The position numbers were made by a program, and so were the translations under genes. A DNA stretch of 64,000 nt from a virus. The stretch lies in the IMG/VR virus record IMGVR_UViG_3300007735_000802. The stretch is one strand, 5' to 3'. The notes under the pieces are model-generated. The model did no database searches. It was not told the origin of the DNA and saw only the letters and a program-made list of their open reading frames with translations. Positions 18,254 through 28,618 of this stretch are shown piece by piece (positions within the stretch are counted from its first letter, which is position 1; the number at the start of each line of letters is the position of its first letter).

Positions 18254-19318
18254 TTAAATAAAATTGTCCTGACTTACGCCTTTGTTAATTAACGATGCTA
18301 AACGAGCAGATGATGGTGAATCAAATGCTTTTGATGGTTTTGGTTGGTTTTTGGTCATAAGAGAAAGAGTATTCATTACGCTTTCCATCATTGGACTTGA
18401 TGCTGTATTGACAGAACCATTTCCTTCTACTTCTTCAGTTAATGGAACTTGAGTTGTGCCAAAGTTTGCTGCAAATTTTGTTGAATTTGATGAACTATTG
18501 AAATATGACTCACGAAGCAATGCTACCTTTTGTGCATATTGTTCTGGTGATTCAAATTCAATACCTTCGCTTAATTTTGCAAGTTTTTCGACTTGAGTGT
18601 CTGTTAAACCTGATGCTTGTTGCATGAAAGCTTCTGCACAAAGATGAGCATTGATTTCATTCTTGAGATCAATATTTTCTTTGATTGCGCTGTTTAAACT
18701 TTCTTGTAGTTCTGAATTTGCTTCATAAATGTCGTCTAGAACATTATATTTTTCTTGTGGAACATCAATGAATGAGGACTCAAATAGATCCTTCAATCCA
18801 TTGATAAAGTTTTCCGCAATTTCAGTACGAAGACCTCTTTCTACAGCAACTTTATTTTGTTCCATCCATTCAGAAATTACATAGTTTAGATAACCATCAA
18901 TATGTTCGATGAGTCCTTCCTGTGACTGTTGTGTAGCTTCCAATACAACTTCTTTTGCTGCTTGGGATTGCTCTTCTATAATTTCTTTTGCTGCTTGAAT
19001 AATATGTGCTTCAAGAATTGAAACTTTTTCATTTATTGCTGCTTCAAAGATGGTTTTTGCCTTAAACTTAAAATCTTCGCTAAGGTTTTCTCCATCAAAA
19101 AGACTAGCAAGATAATCAACTCCCTCTTCCTGAAGTTGATCATCTTCTTGCTCTGGTTGCATTGCTGTTGGTTGTCCGCCCATTGGTCTTAATGATGCCT
19201 GATGTCTCATGGCAAATGTTGGATCTGCAATAGGTGGGTTAATAACTGCACCTTTACCAGTAGCATCTTGGTATAATTGAGGTGACGAGTATTCTGCATA
19301 TGGGTTATTTGCTTGCAT
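18254..19318 (-). CDS. gp22: Prohead core scaffolding protein
   Basis: LSEDFKFKAKTIFEAA, YLNYVISEWM, GLRTEIAENFINGLKDLF, LRESYF. Confidence 0.93.
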   Translation of the reverse strand: MQANNPYAEYSSPQLYQDATGKGAVINPPIADPTFAMRHQASLRPMGGQPTAMQPEQEDDQLQEEGVDYLASLFDGENLSEDFKFKAKTIFEAAINEKVSILEAHIIQAAKEIIEEQSQAAKEVVLEATQQSQEGLIEHIDGYLNYVISEWMEQNKVAVERGLRTEIAENFINGLKDLFESSFIDVPQEKYNVLDDIYEANSELQESLNSAIKENIDLKNEINAHLCAEAFMQQASGLTDTQVEKLAKLSEGIEFESPEQYAQKVALLRESYFNSSSNSTKFAANFGTTQVPLTEEVEGNGSVNTASSPMMESVMNTLSLMTKNQPKPSKAFDSPSSARLASLINKGVSQDNFI

Positions 19319-19370
19319 TAAATTTTCTCCATTTTCTCTAAAAAGTATTTAGAATATTTTAAAATTCAAC

Positions 19371-20072
19371 TTATACTATTGTCTCTAATCTTGATAAAAA
19401 TTTACCAACTACAGGACTTAAATTTTTATAATCTTGTGCTGCCTGTGATCTTCTCTGTTGTTTTTTCATTTGTCTGAATTTTGCTAAAACATCAGCAGCA
19501 TAGGCCGGGTTGATTTTTCTGTCCTGTCGTGTAGCTTTCACACGACCTAAAACTTCTTTGGTTCTTGCTCTCTGCATGATATCTGTAGCACCTTTGGCAA
19601 ATTGAGCAATATTTGGATTATCTTTAAATAATTGATTTTGTCTTGTCAACAATGCCTGTCTTTCATTCCATTGTTGTCTTTGCTCTATGTATCTTCTAAC
19701 CAATTGTTGATGTGCTTGCAGTTGTGCTTGTGATGGATTTCTTGGTAATGTTGGTGCAGTTGGTTGAACTTTTGGATATAAGTTCATTACTTTTTGATAA
19801 TATTGTGGAGAAATGCCAAGATTTGATGTAACATGATGTGTTAACATAATATCACGAATTCTTTGAGCATCCTGATATGATCTTTTTTGTGTTGCAGTTT
19901 TTATTTGCTCTATTGCTGCCTTACCTCTTTGAACTAATTCTTGTCCAAGTGCAGATAGTCTTGTTCCAAATCCTTGTCCAAATGCTTCGTGTATATTTTT
20001 AGCAAATATTGGAATTGCTTCTCTTAAAGCAACTCCAACTTCTTCGTATAAATGTGAATCTTGATTAATCAT
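19371..20072 (-). CDS. Hypothetical basic Q/R-rich protein inserted between gp21 and gp22
   Basis: 233-aa ORF coupled to gp21 by an ATGA overlap; family not recognised. Confidence 0.6.
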   Translation of the reverse strand: MINQDSHLYEEVGVALREAIPIFAKNIHEAFGQGFGTRLSALGQELVQRGKAAIEQIKTATQKRSYQDAQRIRDIMLTHHVTSNLGISPQYYQKVMNLYPKVQPTAPTLPRNPSQAQLQAHQQLVRRYIEQRQQWNERQALLTRQNQLFKDNPNIAQFAKGATDIMQRARTKEVLGRVKATRQDRKINPAYAADVLAKFRQMKKQQRRSQAAQDYKNLSPVVGKFLSRLETIV

Positions 20073-20713
20073 ATTCTTCTCAGGAAATCTGCAAATAATT
20101 TAATAGCATTTTCTTCAAGTTTTCTTTTTGAAGTTCTTTTTAATTGTTTATGATATTTTGCAATTTCTTTTTCAACCAAAAGACCATTATCCCAGATCCA
20201 TTCTTTTCCTTCTAAAATTCCATCAACAAATGCATTTGGAGCAGATGGATCTGCAACAATATCAATTGCTGCTAAGGTAAAATCTTCTTGTACGACATTT
20301 ACTCCATTTTGACTTTTAAGAGAACCCATACCTCTGGAGGAAACACCTAATTGAGCACCTTCATCTATAAGATTTTTTACAATCTTACCCATTGGAGTAT
20401 CCATTATTTTGGCTTTACCAATTATTTGTTTTCCATTTTCTTGTAAATTTGTGATCATATGAGATACACGATCCAAATTAACAGTTGGTCCAGATGGATG
20501 ATTTAGTTCTCCGAGTGCTCTCTTTTTATTCACATATTCTACAACATATCTTCTGGTTTCTTTTATAAGGGTTGATTCGTTGTATAATCTTTTATTTCGA
20601 TTAACAACTCCCGCTTCCATCATTATACCTTTAATGAAGTAGTTTTTCCCACCAGCCTCATTTGATTCAACGATGGTTTGTATATTTTCTGTTGTTTCTG
20701 TAATAAGTTTCAT
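20069..20713 (-). CDS. gp21: Prohead protease
   Basis: NRNKRLY, ALGELNHP, GVSSRGMGSL, DIVADPSAPNAFV. Confidence 0.97.
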   Translation of the reverse strand: MKLITETTENIQTIVESNEAGGKNYFIKGIMMEAGVVNRNKRLYNESTLIKETRRYVVEYVNKKRALGELNHPSGPTVNLDRVSHMITNLQENGKQIIGKAKIMDTPMGKIVKNLIDEGAQLGVSSRGMGSLKSQNGVNVVQEDFTLAAIDIVADPSAPNAFVDGILEGKEWIWDNGLLVEKEIAKYHKQLKRTSKRKLEENAIKLFADFLRRI

Positions 20714-20732
20714 GGTGGATCCTTCAAGTTAT

Positions 20733-21245
20733 TCAATATTCAACACCGGATTGTCTTATGTTTGGTGCTTGATTTCCTGCATCCAATTCGTCTTCATCTT
20801 CTTCATTCTCTATTTCACCTTCTGTATCTTCATGTTCTTCAGCATCCATGGTTGCATTTTCTTCCATCATGGAAAGATATTCGTTTGCAAGTTCGATAAT
20901 TTCGTTTTCGGAAAGTTCTTCTCCCAACTCTTCTTGAACTTCTTCGATGAGAGATAATAGTTCAGTTTCAAAGTTTTCCAAAATAGCGTCCATTTCTGGA
21001 TCTGTTGATTCTTTACGAAGAAGTTTAAAATCTTCTGCGTCAATTTTATCATTATTATTTTTATCGATGTGCTTCTTTTGCTTTGATGTAAGCTTTCCTT
21101 CATTAAATACAGTTGGAGCAAAATCTGTTAATTTTTCTTCAAGAGCATCACCTAGTTTAGAAAGTAAAGACTCGTTGATTAACTTATTTGCTGTGTGATA
21201 ATCTTCACTGATAATTGCTTTTAAAAGATCGTTGTTTCTTGACAT
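20733..21245 (-). CDS. Acidic prohead core protein (gp67/gp68 position) with an EF-hand-like loop
   Basis: Lies between portal and protease; very acidic; DKNNNDKIDAEDF. Confidence 0.6.
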   Translation of the reverse strand: MSRNNDLLKAIISEDYHTANKLINESLLSKLGDALEEKLTDFAPTVFNEGKLTSKQKKHIDKNNNDKIDAEDFKLLRKESTDPEMDAILENFETELLSLIEEVQEELGEELSENEIIELANEYLSMMEENATMDAEEHEDTEGEIENEEDEDELDAGNQAPNIRQSGVEY

Positions 21246-21262
21246 TTTTATTCTCCTAAAAA

Positions 21263-21270
21263 TATTTATA
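21263..21270 (-). promoter_or_regulatory. Late promoter TATAAATA
   Basis: Exact consensus upstream of the AGGAG SD of 21245. Confidence 0.75.
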
Positions 21271-21274
21271 ATAT

Positions 21275-22861
21275 TTATTGTTGCTGTTGTTGGTCGTCTG
21301 CTAAACCAAGTTGCTGCATCTGTAATTGCTGTTGAATTAATTTTTGTCTATCTTGTTCAATTTCTTCATCCATTTTTGCAATTTCAGCATCGGTTTGCTT
21401 CAAAATATTCTTTCTTACATACTTGGTTGAGAAATATAAACCATTGTATTGACCAATAGTATTCAACATGTTTATTCTTTCTGCCAATATTTCATTTTCC
21501 TTAAGATCATTAAAATATGCATCTTTTGAAAAGTTTATTACAATATCTTGATGAATATTAGACCAATCTTCTGGGGTCATAATACCCTTCAATAAGCATT
21601 GTTTCTTTAAAATATCAAGGAATAAAAATGCAAATTTTCTTTGTTGTCTTTCTATGAACTTATAGAATTTCACTTCATCTCTAGTAATTTCGCTGCTTCT
21701 TCCAAGATTAAACCCTGTCTGAACTTCCATTCGAGTAAGAGGAACATTCAATGCTCGGTATAATTTCTTAAGAAGATATTCGATATCTTCCAGTTGACCA
21801 AGATTTTGACCACCTGGAAGTGTAGTGATTTCTGTTCCCTTTCCACCTTCTCTTCGTGGTAACCAATAATCTTCTAGAACAGACATGAAGTTTCTTTGGT
21901 CTTGAATTTGTCCAGAGGCAGAATCGTAAGTTAATTTATTACGATATCGATTCATCAAATCTTTTATATATTGCTCTGCCTTTTGCTTTGGAAGATTTCC
22001 AACATCAACATAAAATACTCGTCTCTCTGGTGCTCTTGCAAGACGATAAACCACTAAGGCATCCTCACTCTGTCTGAGCATGTTTAGTGGTCTGATTGCC
22101 TTGTATAAATTACCAACAACCTTTCTGGTTGTCTGATCAATAAGACCAGAGTGACAATATGTGATTGAATCAACAGATATTTTTACACCCGGAGTATTTA
22201 CTGATGGTGTAATTGCACTTGCATTGTTAATTTCATAATCTGAATATATGTAAAATTCTTCAACAGATTTAACCAATGGAACTGTAGTGTTGTTGACTTT
22301 TTTGATTTGTTTCTGAACTCTTCTTACTTTTCTAATTTTAATTGGATCAATTGCTCTGAGTTCAAGAATTCCTTTTTCTGGATGTTCAGTATCAATTATA
22401 TTTTGAAAATATAGTCTTCCATCAACATACCATCTTCTGAATATATCATAACCTTTATTGTTATAATCTAATAATTTTACAACTTTATCAAATTCTTGTT
22501 GAACTTTAGATTTAATATTATCAGATAAATCTGTATTATCTAAGGATATTTTTACAGATGTTCCACTTGTGTCAAATGTTATCGCCTGTGTGACAATATC
22601 ATCAATTGCCATATCTACTTCTGGATAAAGTGCCATCGATCTATATTGTTTGATCAAAGCATTTTCATCTACGAAGTAACCATTAAAGTCATAAACAGAA
22701 GACATGAAGCCTCCTGTTTCGACAATTTGAGTTCCATCAAATGTATCTGGTGCAATAAATGAAGCGTTAGATGGACTGTCTCCGCTCAAACCTCCGAGCG
22801 AAACATCTAGCGTTTCATTGTTTTTATTAAAAGAAAAACCAAAAAGATCAAATAACTTCAT
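21275..22861 (-). CDS. gp20: Portal protein
   Basis: FRRWYVDGR, YRLARAPERRVFYVDVGNLPK, EDYWLPRREGGKGTEITTLPGGQNLG. Confidence 0.98.
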   Translation of the reverse strand: MKLFDLFGFSFNKNNETLDVSLGGLSGDSPSNASFIAPDTFDGTQIVETGGFMSSVYDFNGYFVDENALIKQYRSMALYPEVDMAIDDIVTQAITFDTSGTSVKISLDNTDLSDNIKSKVQQEFDKVVKLLDYNNKGYDIFRRWYVDGRLYFQNIIDTEHPEKGILELRAIDPIKIRKVRRVQKQIKKVNNTTVPLVKSVEEFYIYSDYEINNASAITPSVNTPGVKISVDSITYCHSGLIDQTTRKVVGNLYKAIRPLNMLRQSEDALVVYRLARAPERRVFYVDVGNLPKQKAEQYIKDLMNRYRNKLTYDSASGQIQDQRNFMSVLEDYWLPRREGGKGTEITTLPGGQNLGQLEDIEYLLKKLYRALNVPLTRMEVQTGFNLGRSSEITRDEVKFYKFIERQQRKFAFLFLDILKKQCLLKGIMTPEDWSNIHQDIVINFSKDAYFNDLKENEILAERINMLNTIGQYNGLYFSTKYVRKNILKQTDAEIAKMDEEIEQDRQKLIQQQLQMQQLGLADDQQQQQ

Positions 22862-22872
22862 TCATTTATTCC

Positions 22873-23424
22873 TTATCCATCATATGGTTCCCAATAATCA
22901 TAAGCAATCTGAACAGTAAATTCAGAGAATGAATCCTGAAGGTCATAGTTCAGTGTTATTGCGCCGATATCTACTGGAAAACAATTCTTTAATTTAATTG
23001 CCTTTGTAAAGTTTTCTGGTTGTTGTGTTTCTGTTGGTGTTGAAGATGTACCTGGAATTAAATCACTATAACGAATAACCCAGTCTGTAACTAGATTATA
23101 ATTAATTTGATTGGTATTTCTACCACCCATTGCTTCAATCCAACGCTCAAATCCAGATCTCAAATCCTTTGATGGAGTATTTGAATCATAAACGCTGATA
23201 GCCCAATCACCATATTGGCGTTCTCCAGCAAATTTCACTATTCTTCCTTGCCATGCAATTGGAATTGCTCCAATAGAAGAACCTGGTAAGTCCGCTGCCT
23301 TTACATAGATATAAATGTCACTTAAATTTGGAGATTCAACGCCATCAGGCCATTGACCTTCGACCAAAAATCTATTAGGTCTTACTCCAAAGAAATTATT
23401 TCTAAATTCGTTTAATGTTGCCAT
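22873..23424 (-). CDS. gp19: Tail tube protein
   Basis: RPNRFLV, AADLPGS, GRIVKFAGER, EFTVQIAYDYW. Confidence 0.93.
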   Translation of the reverse strand: MATLNEFRNNFFGVRPNRFLVEGQWPDGVESPNLSDIYIYVKAADLPGSSIGAIPIAWQGRIVKFAGERQYGDWAISVYDSNTPSKDLRSGFERWIEAMGGRNTNQINYNLVTDWVIRYSDLIPGTSSTPTETQQPENFTKAIKLKNCFPVDIGAITLNYDLQDSFSEFTVQIAYDYWEPYDG

Positions 23425-23447
23425 TTATAACCTCTTTTCTTTATGTA

Positions 23448-24665
23448 TCAAAGTTCCGAAGATAGATCTTTGTTGGTTAGAGTAATTGTTACATAATTAA
23501 TAGATGTTATTGGTTTGATTAATATATCGGCAACAAAGTAATTTGCTTCTACTACTTCTGGCGTATTATTTGATGTATCGCAGACTACTCTATATTCTGA
23601 AATACCTCTTTGTGCTACTATGCGATCTAAGAATCCTTCTGCTGCAATCTTGAATCGTGAGCGAGTTATTGCATCATTTTGTTCAAACAATATTGATCTT
23701 GCAACTGGTCCGAGCGATCTCTTGATATACATGAATAGTCTAGAAACATTAATTCTAGAAAGAGTTGATGTAGCTGGTTCTCCAGTTTTATCACCATATA
23801 GGTAAGTACCTTCGCCAGCAAATGTTACAACAGGATTAATTTTTGCATCATACAATGAGTCTTGTTCAGCAGTTGTGAGATTTTTGCTAAGACGAATTAC
23901 ATTTAGAATTCTTCCCTTCTTAGTTCCTGCTGGAGAGAACCAGGGATAGAAGTCTCTATCTGTACGAGCAATACATCCTGCCAAGTCTGCTGCAAGAGGA
24001 GTTGTTACTGTGTTTAGACCAGTTACATCAAAATGAACTTTTGATCCATATACTACAGCATAATTTTTATCGGTTGCTGTTGTAAAATTAGCTATATCGT
24101 TAGAAACAGATGTTGCTCCAATTGGAACATACATTATTCCAAGTGCTGGTTTTTCTGTACTTGCTTTTGTATCAACAATTGTTTGAAGTGGTGTAATATA
24201 TGATGAATTGCCAGAACCACCCTGGAAAATAACTTGAAAATCAATATCTGCAAATCCTGCGGGTGGTGTTGTTCCATTTGCAAATGCAACATAACAACCA
24301 CCACCATATTGTAAGAAGTTATTTACTGGATACCATTCATTTCTAAATGTTGCACCAGATACCCCAGTTCCTGTATATGTTCCATCTAAATATGATGCAG
24401 CACATGAACCTACACTATATCCCGTTTGTCCTTGTACAAATGTAACTCCTCCAGCATTTAGATAAACTAAATCTGTTAGTCTATTGTACCATTCTGATGA
24501 GTTCTGAACATAAAAATATCCCTGTGCTTGTTCTGCCGTATCACCCATTCTTTTAAGAGCAGTCGTAATATTGCAAACAGCACCAACTGTAGATGAAAAT
24601 TGTTCTGTTACGGGAACAACCAATGATTCATCTAAAATTCTAAATTGAACATTTGGTCTAGCCAT
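23448..24665 (-). CDS. gp18: Tail sheath protein (short, 405 aa)
   Basis: PWFSPAG, LYDAKINPV, GDKT, RINVSRLF, FEQNDAITR, DTSNNTPEV, IKPITSINY. Confidence 0.95.
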   Translation of the reverse strand: MARPNVQFRILDESLVVPVTEQFSSTVGAVCNITTALKRMGDTAEQAQGYFYVQNSSEWYNRLTDLVYLNAGGVTFVQGQTGYSVGSCAASYLDGTYTGTGVSGATFRNEWYPVNNFLQYGGGCYVAFANGTTPPAGFADIDFQVIFQGGSGNSSYITPLQTIVDTKASTEKPALGIMYVPIGATSVSNDIANFTTATDKNYAVVYGSKVHFDVTGLNTVTTPLAADLAGCIARTDRDFYPWFSPAGTKKGRILNVIRLSKNLTTAEQDSLYDAKINPVVTFAGEGTYLYGDKTGEPATSTLSRINVSRLFMYIKRSLGPVARSILFEQNDAITRSRFKIAAEGFLDRIVAQRGISEYRVVCDTSNNTPEVVEANYFVADILIKPITSINYVTITLTNKDLSSEL

Positions 24666-24689
24666 GCTTCTCTCCTTAAATAAATTTCC

Positions 24690-24697
24690 TATTTATA
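24690..24697 (-). promoter_or_regulatory. Late promoter TATAAATA for gp18
   Basis: Exact consensus upstream of the AAGGAG SD. Confidence 0.7.
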
Positions 24698-24750
24698 TGT
24701 AGTTAAAATGGAATTTTGTATAGATTGTGACCGTTTTGTTTTGATTTTTG

Positions 24751-26466
24751 TCAAAACCATGGCATTTTTAGATCTTTTTTGTCGATAATCAACCATCTGT
24801 CATCTTCTTCGCTCCATTTCGAATCCTCTAAAATATCATCAACATCAAGGGATCCATCCAAATAATATCCAAATGGCAACATATCATCTTCTATTTTTTC
24901 AATGTCTTGTTGATACATTGCTAATCGAACATCCATATCAGTTAGACTCTTAAAATATGGTTGCCTTGTACACCATGCAAATAAAACCAAACACATGACA
25001 AGATCATCATTATGACCATCTTCTGCTTCAAAACTTTGCTTTTTGGAAATAAATGTTGTAAACTCTGAGATCACATCAGCGTCTTCTACAATTAGTTTAT
25101 CTTCCTCAATCATATTTTTGAGGACTTGACAACCAACCTTTTTTGTAAGAACCGATGTTTTAACTCCTAATTGAACTTTTTTGACAGGTCCAAATCCCTC
25201 GGTCATGACCTGACCTTTTCTACCCATCATTGTCGTTTTCACTATATTTTCATATTCCAGATCTGTATGAAGTATATTTGCAACTTCTATTCCTATACTG
25301 TTCACTTCTACCAGTACATGGGCATTGTTGTATTTTCTAGCAACTGTTTTGAGAACAGAGGCAAACAATAAAGGAGAGACTGTGTTATTTCTGTATGTTG
25401 CAACTACTTTATAAGGAAACTCAGTAACATCCACTACTGCCATTGCTGTATAGTCTTTTCCCTGTCCTTCAGCAACATCGGCGGTTATAAAATATAAATG
25501 ATCTTGACTTTTTTCATTATCTGGATCTTTTCTAACAGGTTCCTGATAAATGTTCATTCCATCTTTTGTTCTGAGTATTGGTTTTGTATAAACCAATGTG
25601 TGTAACTTTGCAGATGATATTAAAGTATTTGAACTTCCCAAAAAGTCACACTCGAACTCCTGCTCGAATTGCTTTTCTGAAGTTTTAGAAATCATGTCTT
25701 GTTTCCACTTGTCATCACGCAAGGGTCCACCTGGATATTTTGGAACTTGACTCCAGTGAACTTCAAAAGGAACATATCCATTTTGTTTGTTGATTGCACC
25801 CTTCCAATAGTAATAGAACATGTTCAAACCATTGGGGGTTGATATGATAAACATTTTGGTAGACTGACCAGATGTAATTGTTGGATATACAGAGGTAAAG
25901 AACTCTTCCGCAATTTGCGTAGGAATGTGAGCAAATTCGTCTAGGAGAATGCAGTTGAAAGAACCACCACGAATAGCAGAAGAAGATGTTGCCGCTGCTA
26001 AAATTCTAGACCCATTCTCAAGAACAATGGATCCCTTGTTCCATTCAATAACACCTTGCTGTAACCACTTAGGCAAATATTCATATGCCATTTTAATTCT
26101 TCCTAAAATTTCAATGGCAGTGGATTGTTTGTTTGCAAGAATAGCAACATTCATATTTTGATTAAACAAAACATAATGTAGTAAATATGCACCTACGGTT
26201 GTGGTTTTACCAACCTGACGAGGAAGTTTACCTATAACAAATCGATTGCTGTGTAAATTTTGAATTAGTTCTTTTTGAAAATCATACATTTCAAAGGAAA
26301 CAAGACCCTTATCAACAGCAACAATTTTTACATATTTTTCAACAAAATAGATTGGATCATTTGCACATTTTACATATTCTTGAACTTGTTCTTGAGTAAA
26401 TTGTTGCTGTACACCTACTGGTTTTAGATTTGGGTTTCCAAGATATCCATCTTTTTTAGCTGTCAT
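24751..26466 (-). CDS. gp17: Terminase large subunit
   Basis: YLGNPNLK, PRQVGKTT, LLDEFAH, STPNG, ADVAEG, HNDDLVM. Confidence 0.98.
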   Translation of the reverse strand: MTAKKDGYLGNPNLKPVGVQQQFTQEQVQEYVKCANDPIYFVEKYVKIVAVDKGLVSFEMYDFQKELIQNLHSNRFVIGKLPRQVGKTTTVGAYLLHYVLFNQNMNVAILANKQSTAIEILGRIKMAYEYLPKWLQQGVIEWNKGSIVLENGSRILAAATSSSAIRGGSFNCILLDEFAHIPTQIAEEFFTSVYPTITSGQSTKMFIISTPNGLNMFYYYWKGAINKQNGYVPFEVHWSQVPKYPGGPLRDDKWKQDMISKTSEKQFEQEFECDFLGSSNTLISSAKLHTLVYTKPILRTKDGMNIYQEPVRKDPDNEKSQDHLYFITADVAEGQGKDYTAMAVVDVTEFPYKVVATYRNNTVSPLLFASVLKTVARKYNNAHVLVEVNSIGIEVANILHTDLEYENIVKTTMMGRKGQVMTEGFGPVKKVQLGVKTSVLTKKVGCQVLKNMIEEDKLIVEDADVISEFTTFISKKQSFEAEDGHNDDLVMCLVLFAWCTRQPYFKSLTDMDVRLAMYQQDIEKIEDDMLPFGYYLDGSLDVDDILEDSKWSEEDDRWLIIDKKDLKMPWF

Positions 26467-26926
26467 TTTCCACTTCTTCCGTAGGTATGGCTTTTAATTG
26501 ACTACGAGTTTGATTTATAATATTTTGAAGATCCCGAGTAGAACCAACAAATATAGAATTATTTGTTGTATTCTTTACTACTTTATTTGTTCCTAGAGCA
26601 TCTGCTGTTGTTTTATGCATTTCCATAAGATCAGAATTTATTTCACTTACTGTCTTAATAAGAATAGAAGCAACTTCATATGCTCTTGGCGAATCTCCCG
26701 CTTCTGCAACTTTCATGATGCCATCAATTGCTTCAAACCCAAGACCAATTAGATCTTTCATATTTTTTCTGGCAGAATCAAAATCTTGTCTGACTTGATC
26801 TTTTCTTTTTATTTTTGCTTTTTTTGCAAAATCATTAACTACTTCAATTTCTTTAATTTCAGACTTTGTTATTTCAATGTCTAATATTTCAGAAAGTTTT
26901 TCTTCGGATGTGTTTTTGTCATTCAT
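26456..26926 (-). CDS. gp16: Terminase small subunit
   Basis: SPRAYEV, TTNNSIFVGSTRDLQ. Confidence 0.92.
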   Translation of the reverse strand: MNDKNTSEEKLSEILDIEITKSEIKEIEVVNDFAKKAKIKRKDQVRQDFDSARKNMKDLIGLGFEAIDGIMKVAEAGDSPRAYEVASILIKTVSEINSDLMEMHKTTADALGTNKVVKNTTNNSIFVGSTRDLQNIINQTRSQLKAIPTEEVENDS

Positions 26927-26936
26927 TGTACACCTT

Positions 26937-27683
26937 TCATGGCCATGGACCTATTACTGGTGTTATAGAACCTGTTATATGATCACCAGTATAACCAATA
27001 TCTGTTACAAATATATCACCAGCAGTTGTGTCATCATATAGATTGACATCGGTTCTTTCTATTATTCCTCCCGTAGAACCACAAATTTCTGGATAGACAT
27101 ATGTCTTTGCTGTAAAGTCAAAACTACTAATCAATACTCTTCTTGAATCAAAAGATCCTTCGTAATCTTCATTCAGGGCAACTCCATTCAATACCACAGG
27201 AACATCTACTTCCTGGTATAGATCATTCATCTTGATTCTCATCATATATTCTGGAGCAAAGAATGGAACAACTTGTTCAATTATTTGCAACATATCATCC
27301 ATATGTCTTGTGTATGCATATAAAGAAAATCCAATATTGTATGGAACTTCAGAATAAGCAGATTTATAAACTCCGTTTACTACATCTGCTCTCTTTATAA
27401 GTCTATTAACTTTTCTTGTTGGATCGTATAGTAAAGTTGTAATTTCAAATCCGAGTTTTGGTAAGACTATCTGAACTCTGCTATCTTTTGTGAGACTGCT
27501 TTCTTGTGTAAGTTTCAGAATAAACTTTTCTTTACTTCCATATGCAAGTGGTACTCTGATTTTATCTTTTTCTGTATTGTCTGTGTTATATCTTGTCACA
27601 TAGACAGAATCAAATAAAGATCCAAACGCGAGAACTGTTTTTCGTATGGACTGATTGTAGAATGTTTTATTTACGCTAAACAT
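26937..27683 (-). CDS. gp15: Tail sheath stabiliser/terminator
   Basis: FYNQSIRKTVLAFGSLF, VPLAYGSKEKF, LQIIEQVVPFFAP. Confidence 0.93.
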   Translation of the reverse strand: MFSVNKTFYNQSIRKTVLAFGSLFDSVYVTRYNTDNTEKDKIRVPLAYGSKEKFILKLTQESSLTKDSRVQIVLPKLGFEITTLLYDPTRKVNRLIKRADVVNGVYKSAYSEVPYNIGFSLYAYTRHMDDMLQIIEQVVPFFAPEYMMRIKMNDLYQEVDVPVVLNGVALNEDYEGSFDSRRVLISSFDFTAKTYVYPEICGSTGGIIERTDVNLYDDTTAGDIFVTDIGYTGDHITGSITPVIGPWP

Positions 27684-28615
27684 TAATCACATTCCTCCGA
27701 GAATGGATCATCTTTATTAAATTCCAATATACCGTCTGCTGCCTGTGAATAAAGATCGTTTTCCATAATATTGACACCCGATATTGGATCTACAGATAGA
27801 TTTACATTTGTTGTGGTGATACCTAACAAATAGTATTCTGTTAGAGTTATTCCAGTTCCGTATGTCTTTATAGACTGAGTTCCTGTTGGACCAGCAACAA
27901 AGGTTCCGGTAAGTCCTTTAATATATGCATTTATTCCAGAATATTCAACTATTGTTGCTATACCAGTTGCATTTGCATATGTTGCACCAGCACCAGTAAC
28001 CCCACTTACTTGATATATTGTATCTCCTCTTCGTGGTCGTATTGAACCAGAGATTGGTAAAGAAGAAATTGTAAGTATTTCCATATTATATTGACGATCA
28101 TCTTGAACTTCATCAATTTCAGATACGCCAGTTTCAATGTCTTCGAATGAATATGTGAAGAGTTCACATGTTAATGTATATGTTGTTAGACTTCCAAATT
28201 GGAAGAATGGAATCTTGTCTTCTACATAATTTATTTCAAATAAACTTTTATTTAGTGGAAAAAATATTAAATCTCCTTCACGGGGAGTTAATATTGTTGA
28301 ATTCTTTGTTGTTATTTCCTGAGCAAAACGAGTCTTTGATAATTGAAATGTAACGCGATCTGTGATGCTAATGCCAAATTTATTGACAATATTCATCTGA
28401 TTGCCGAACGATGTTACATTTTGTATATACATTTCAATGCGATACGAATCTGAAAAACTTGATGTTGGATCTTCTCCAAAGATTAAATCTATATCCAATG
28501 CCTCTCTTGGAATATAAATCATATCTCTACCCATAGCACGAATCGTCTCTATGGTGAGATCATCTAAAAGTTTTTGTTCTCCTCTATAATCTCGGAAGAA
28601 TGGATTTACTGCCAT
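27683..28615 (-). CDS. gp14: Neck protein
   Basis: EQKLLDDLTIETI, YIPRE, FGED, PREGDLIFFP, PFFQFG, DPFSE. Confidence 0.93.
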   Translation of the reverse strand: MAVNPFFRDYRGEQKLLDDLTIETIRAMGRDMIYIPREALDIDLIFGEDPTSSFSDSYRIEMYIQNVTSFGNQMNIVNKFGISITDRVTFQLSKTRFAQEITTKNSTILTPREGDLIFFPLNKSLFEINYVEDKIPFFQFGSLTTYTLTCELFTYSFEDIETGVSEIDEVQDDRQYNMEILTISSLPISGSIRPRRGDTIYQVSGVTGAGATYANATGIATIVEYSGINAYIKGLTGTFVAGPTGTQSIKTYGTGITLTEYYLLGITTTNVNLSVDPISGVNIMENDLYSQAADGILEFNKDDPFSEECD

Positions 28616-28618
28616 ATG

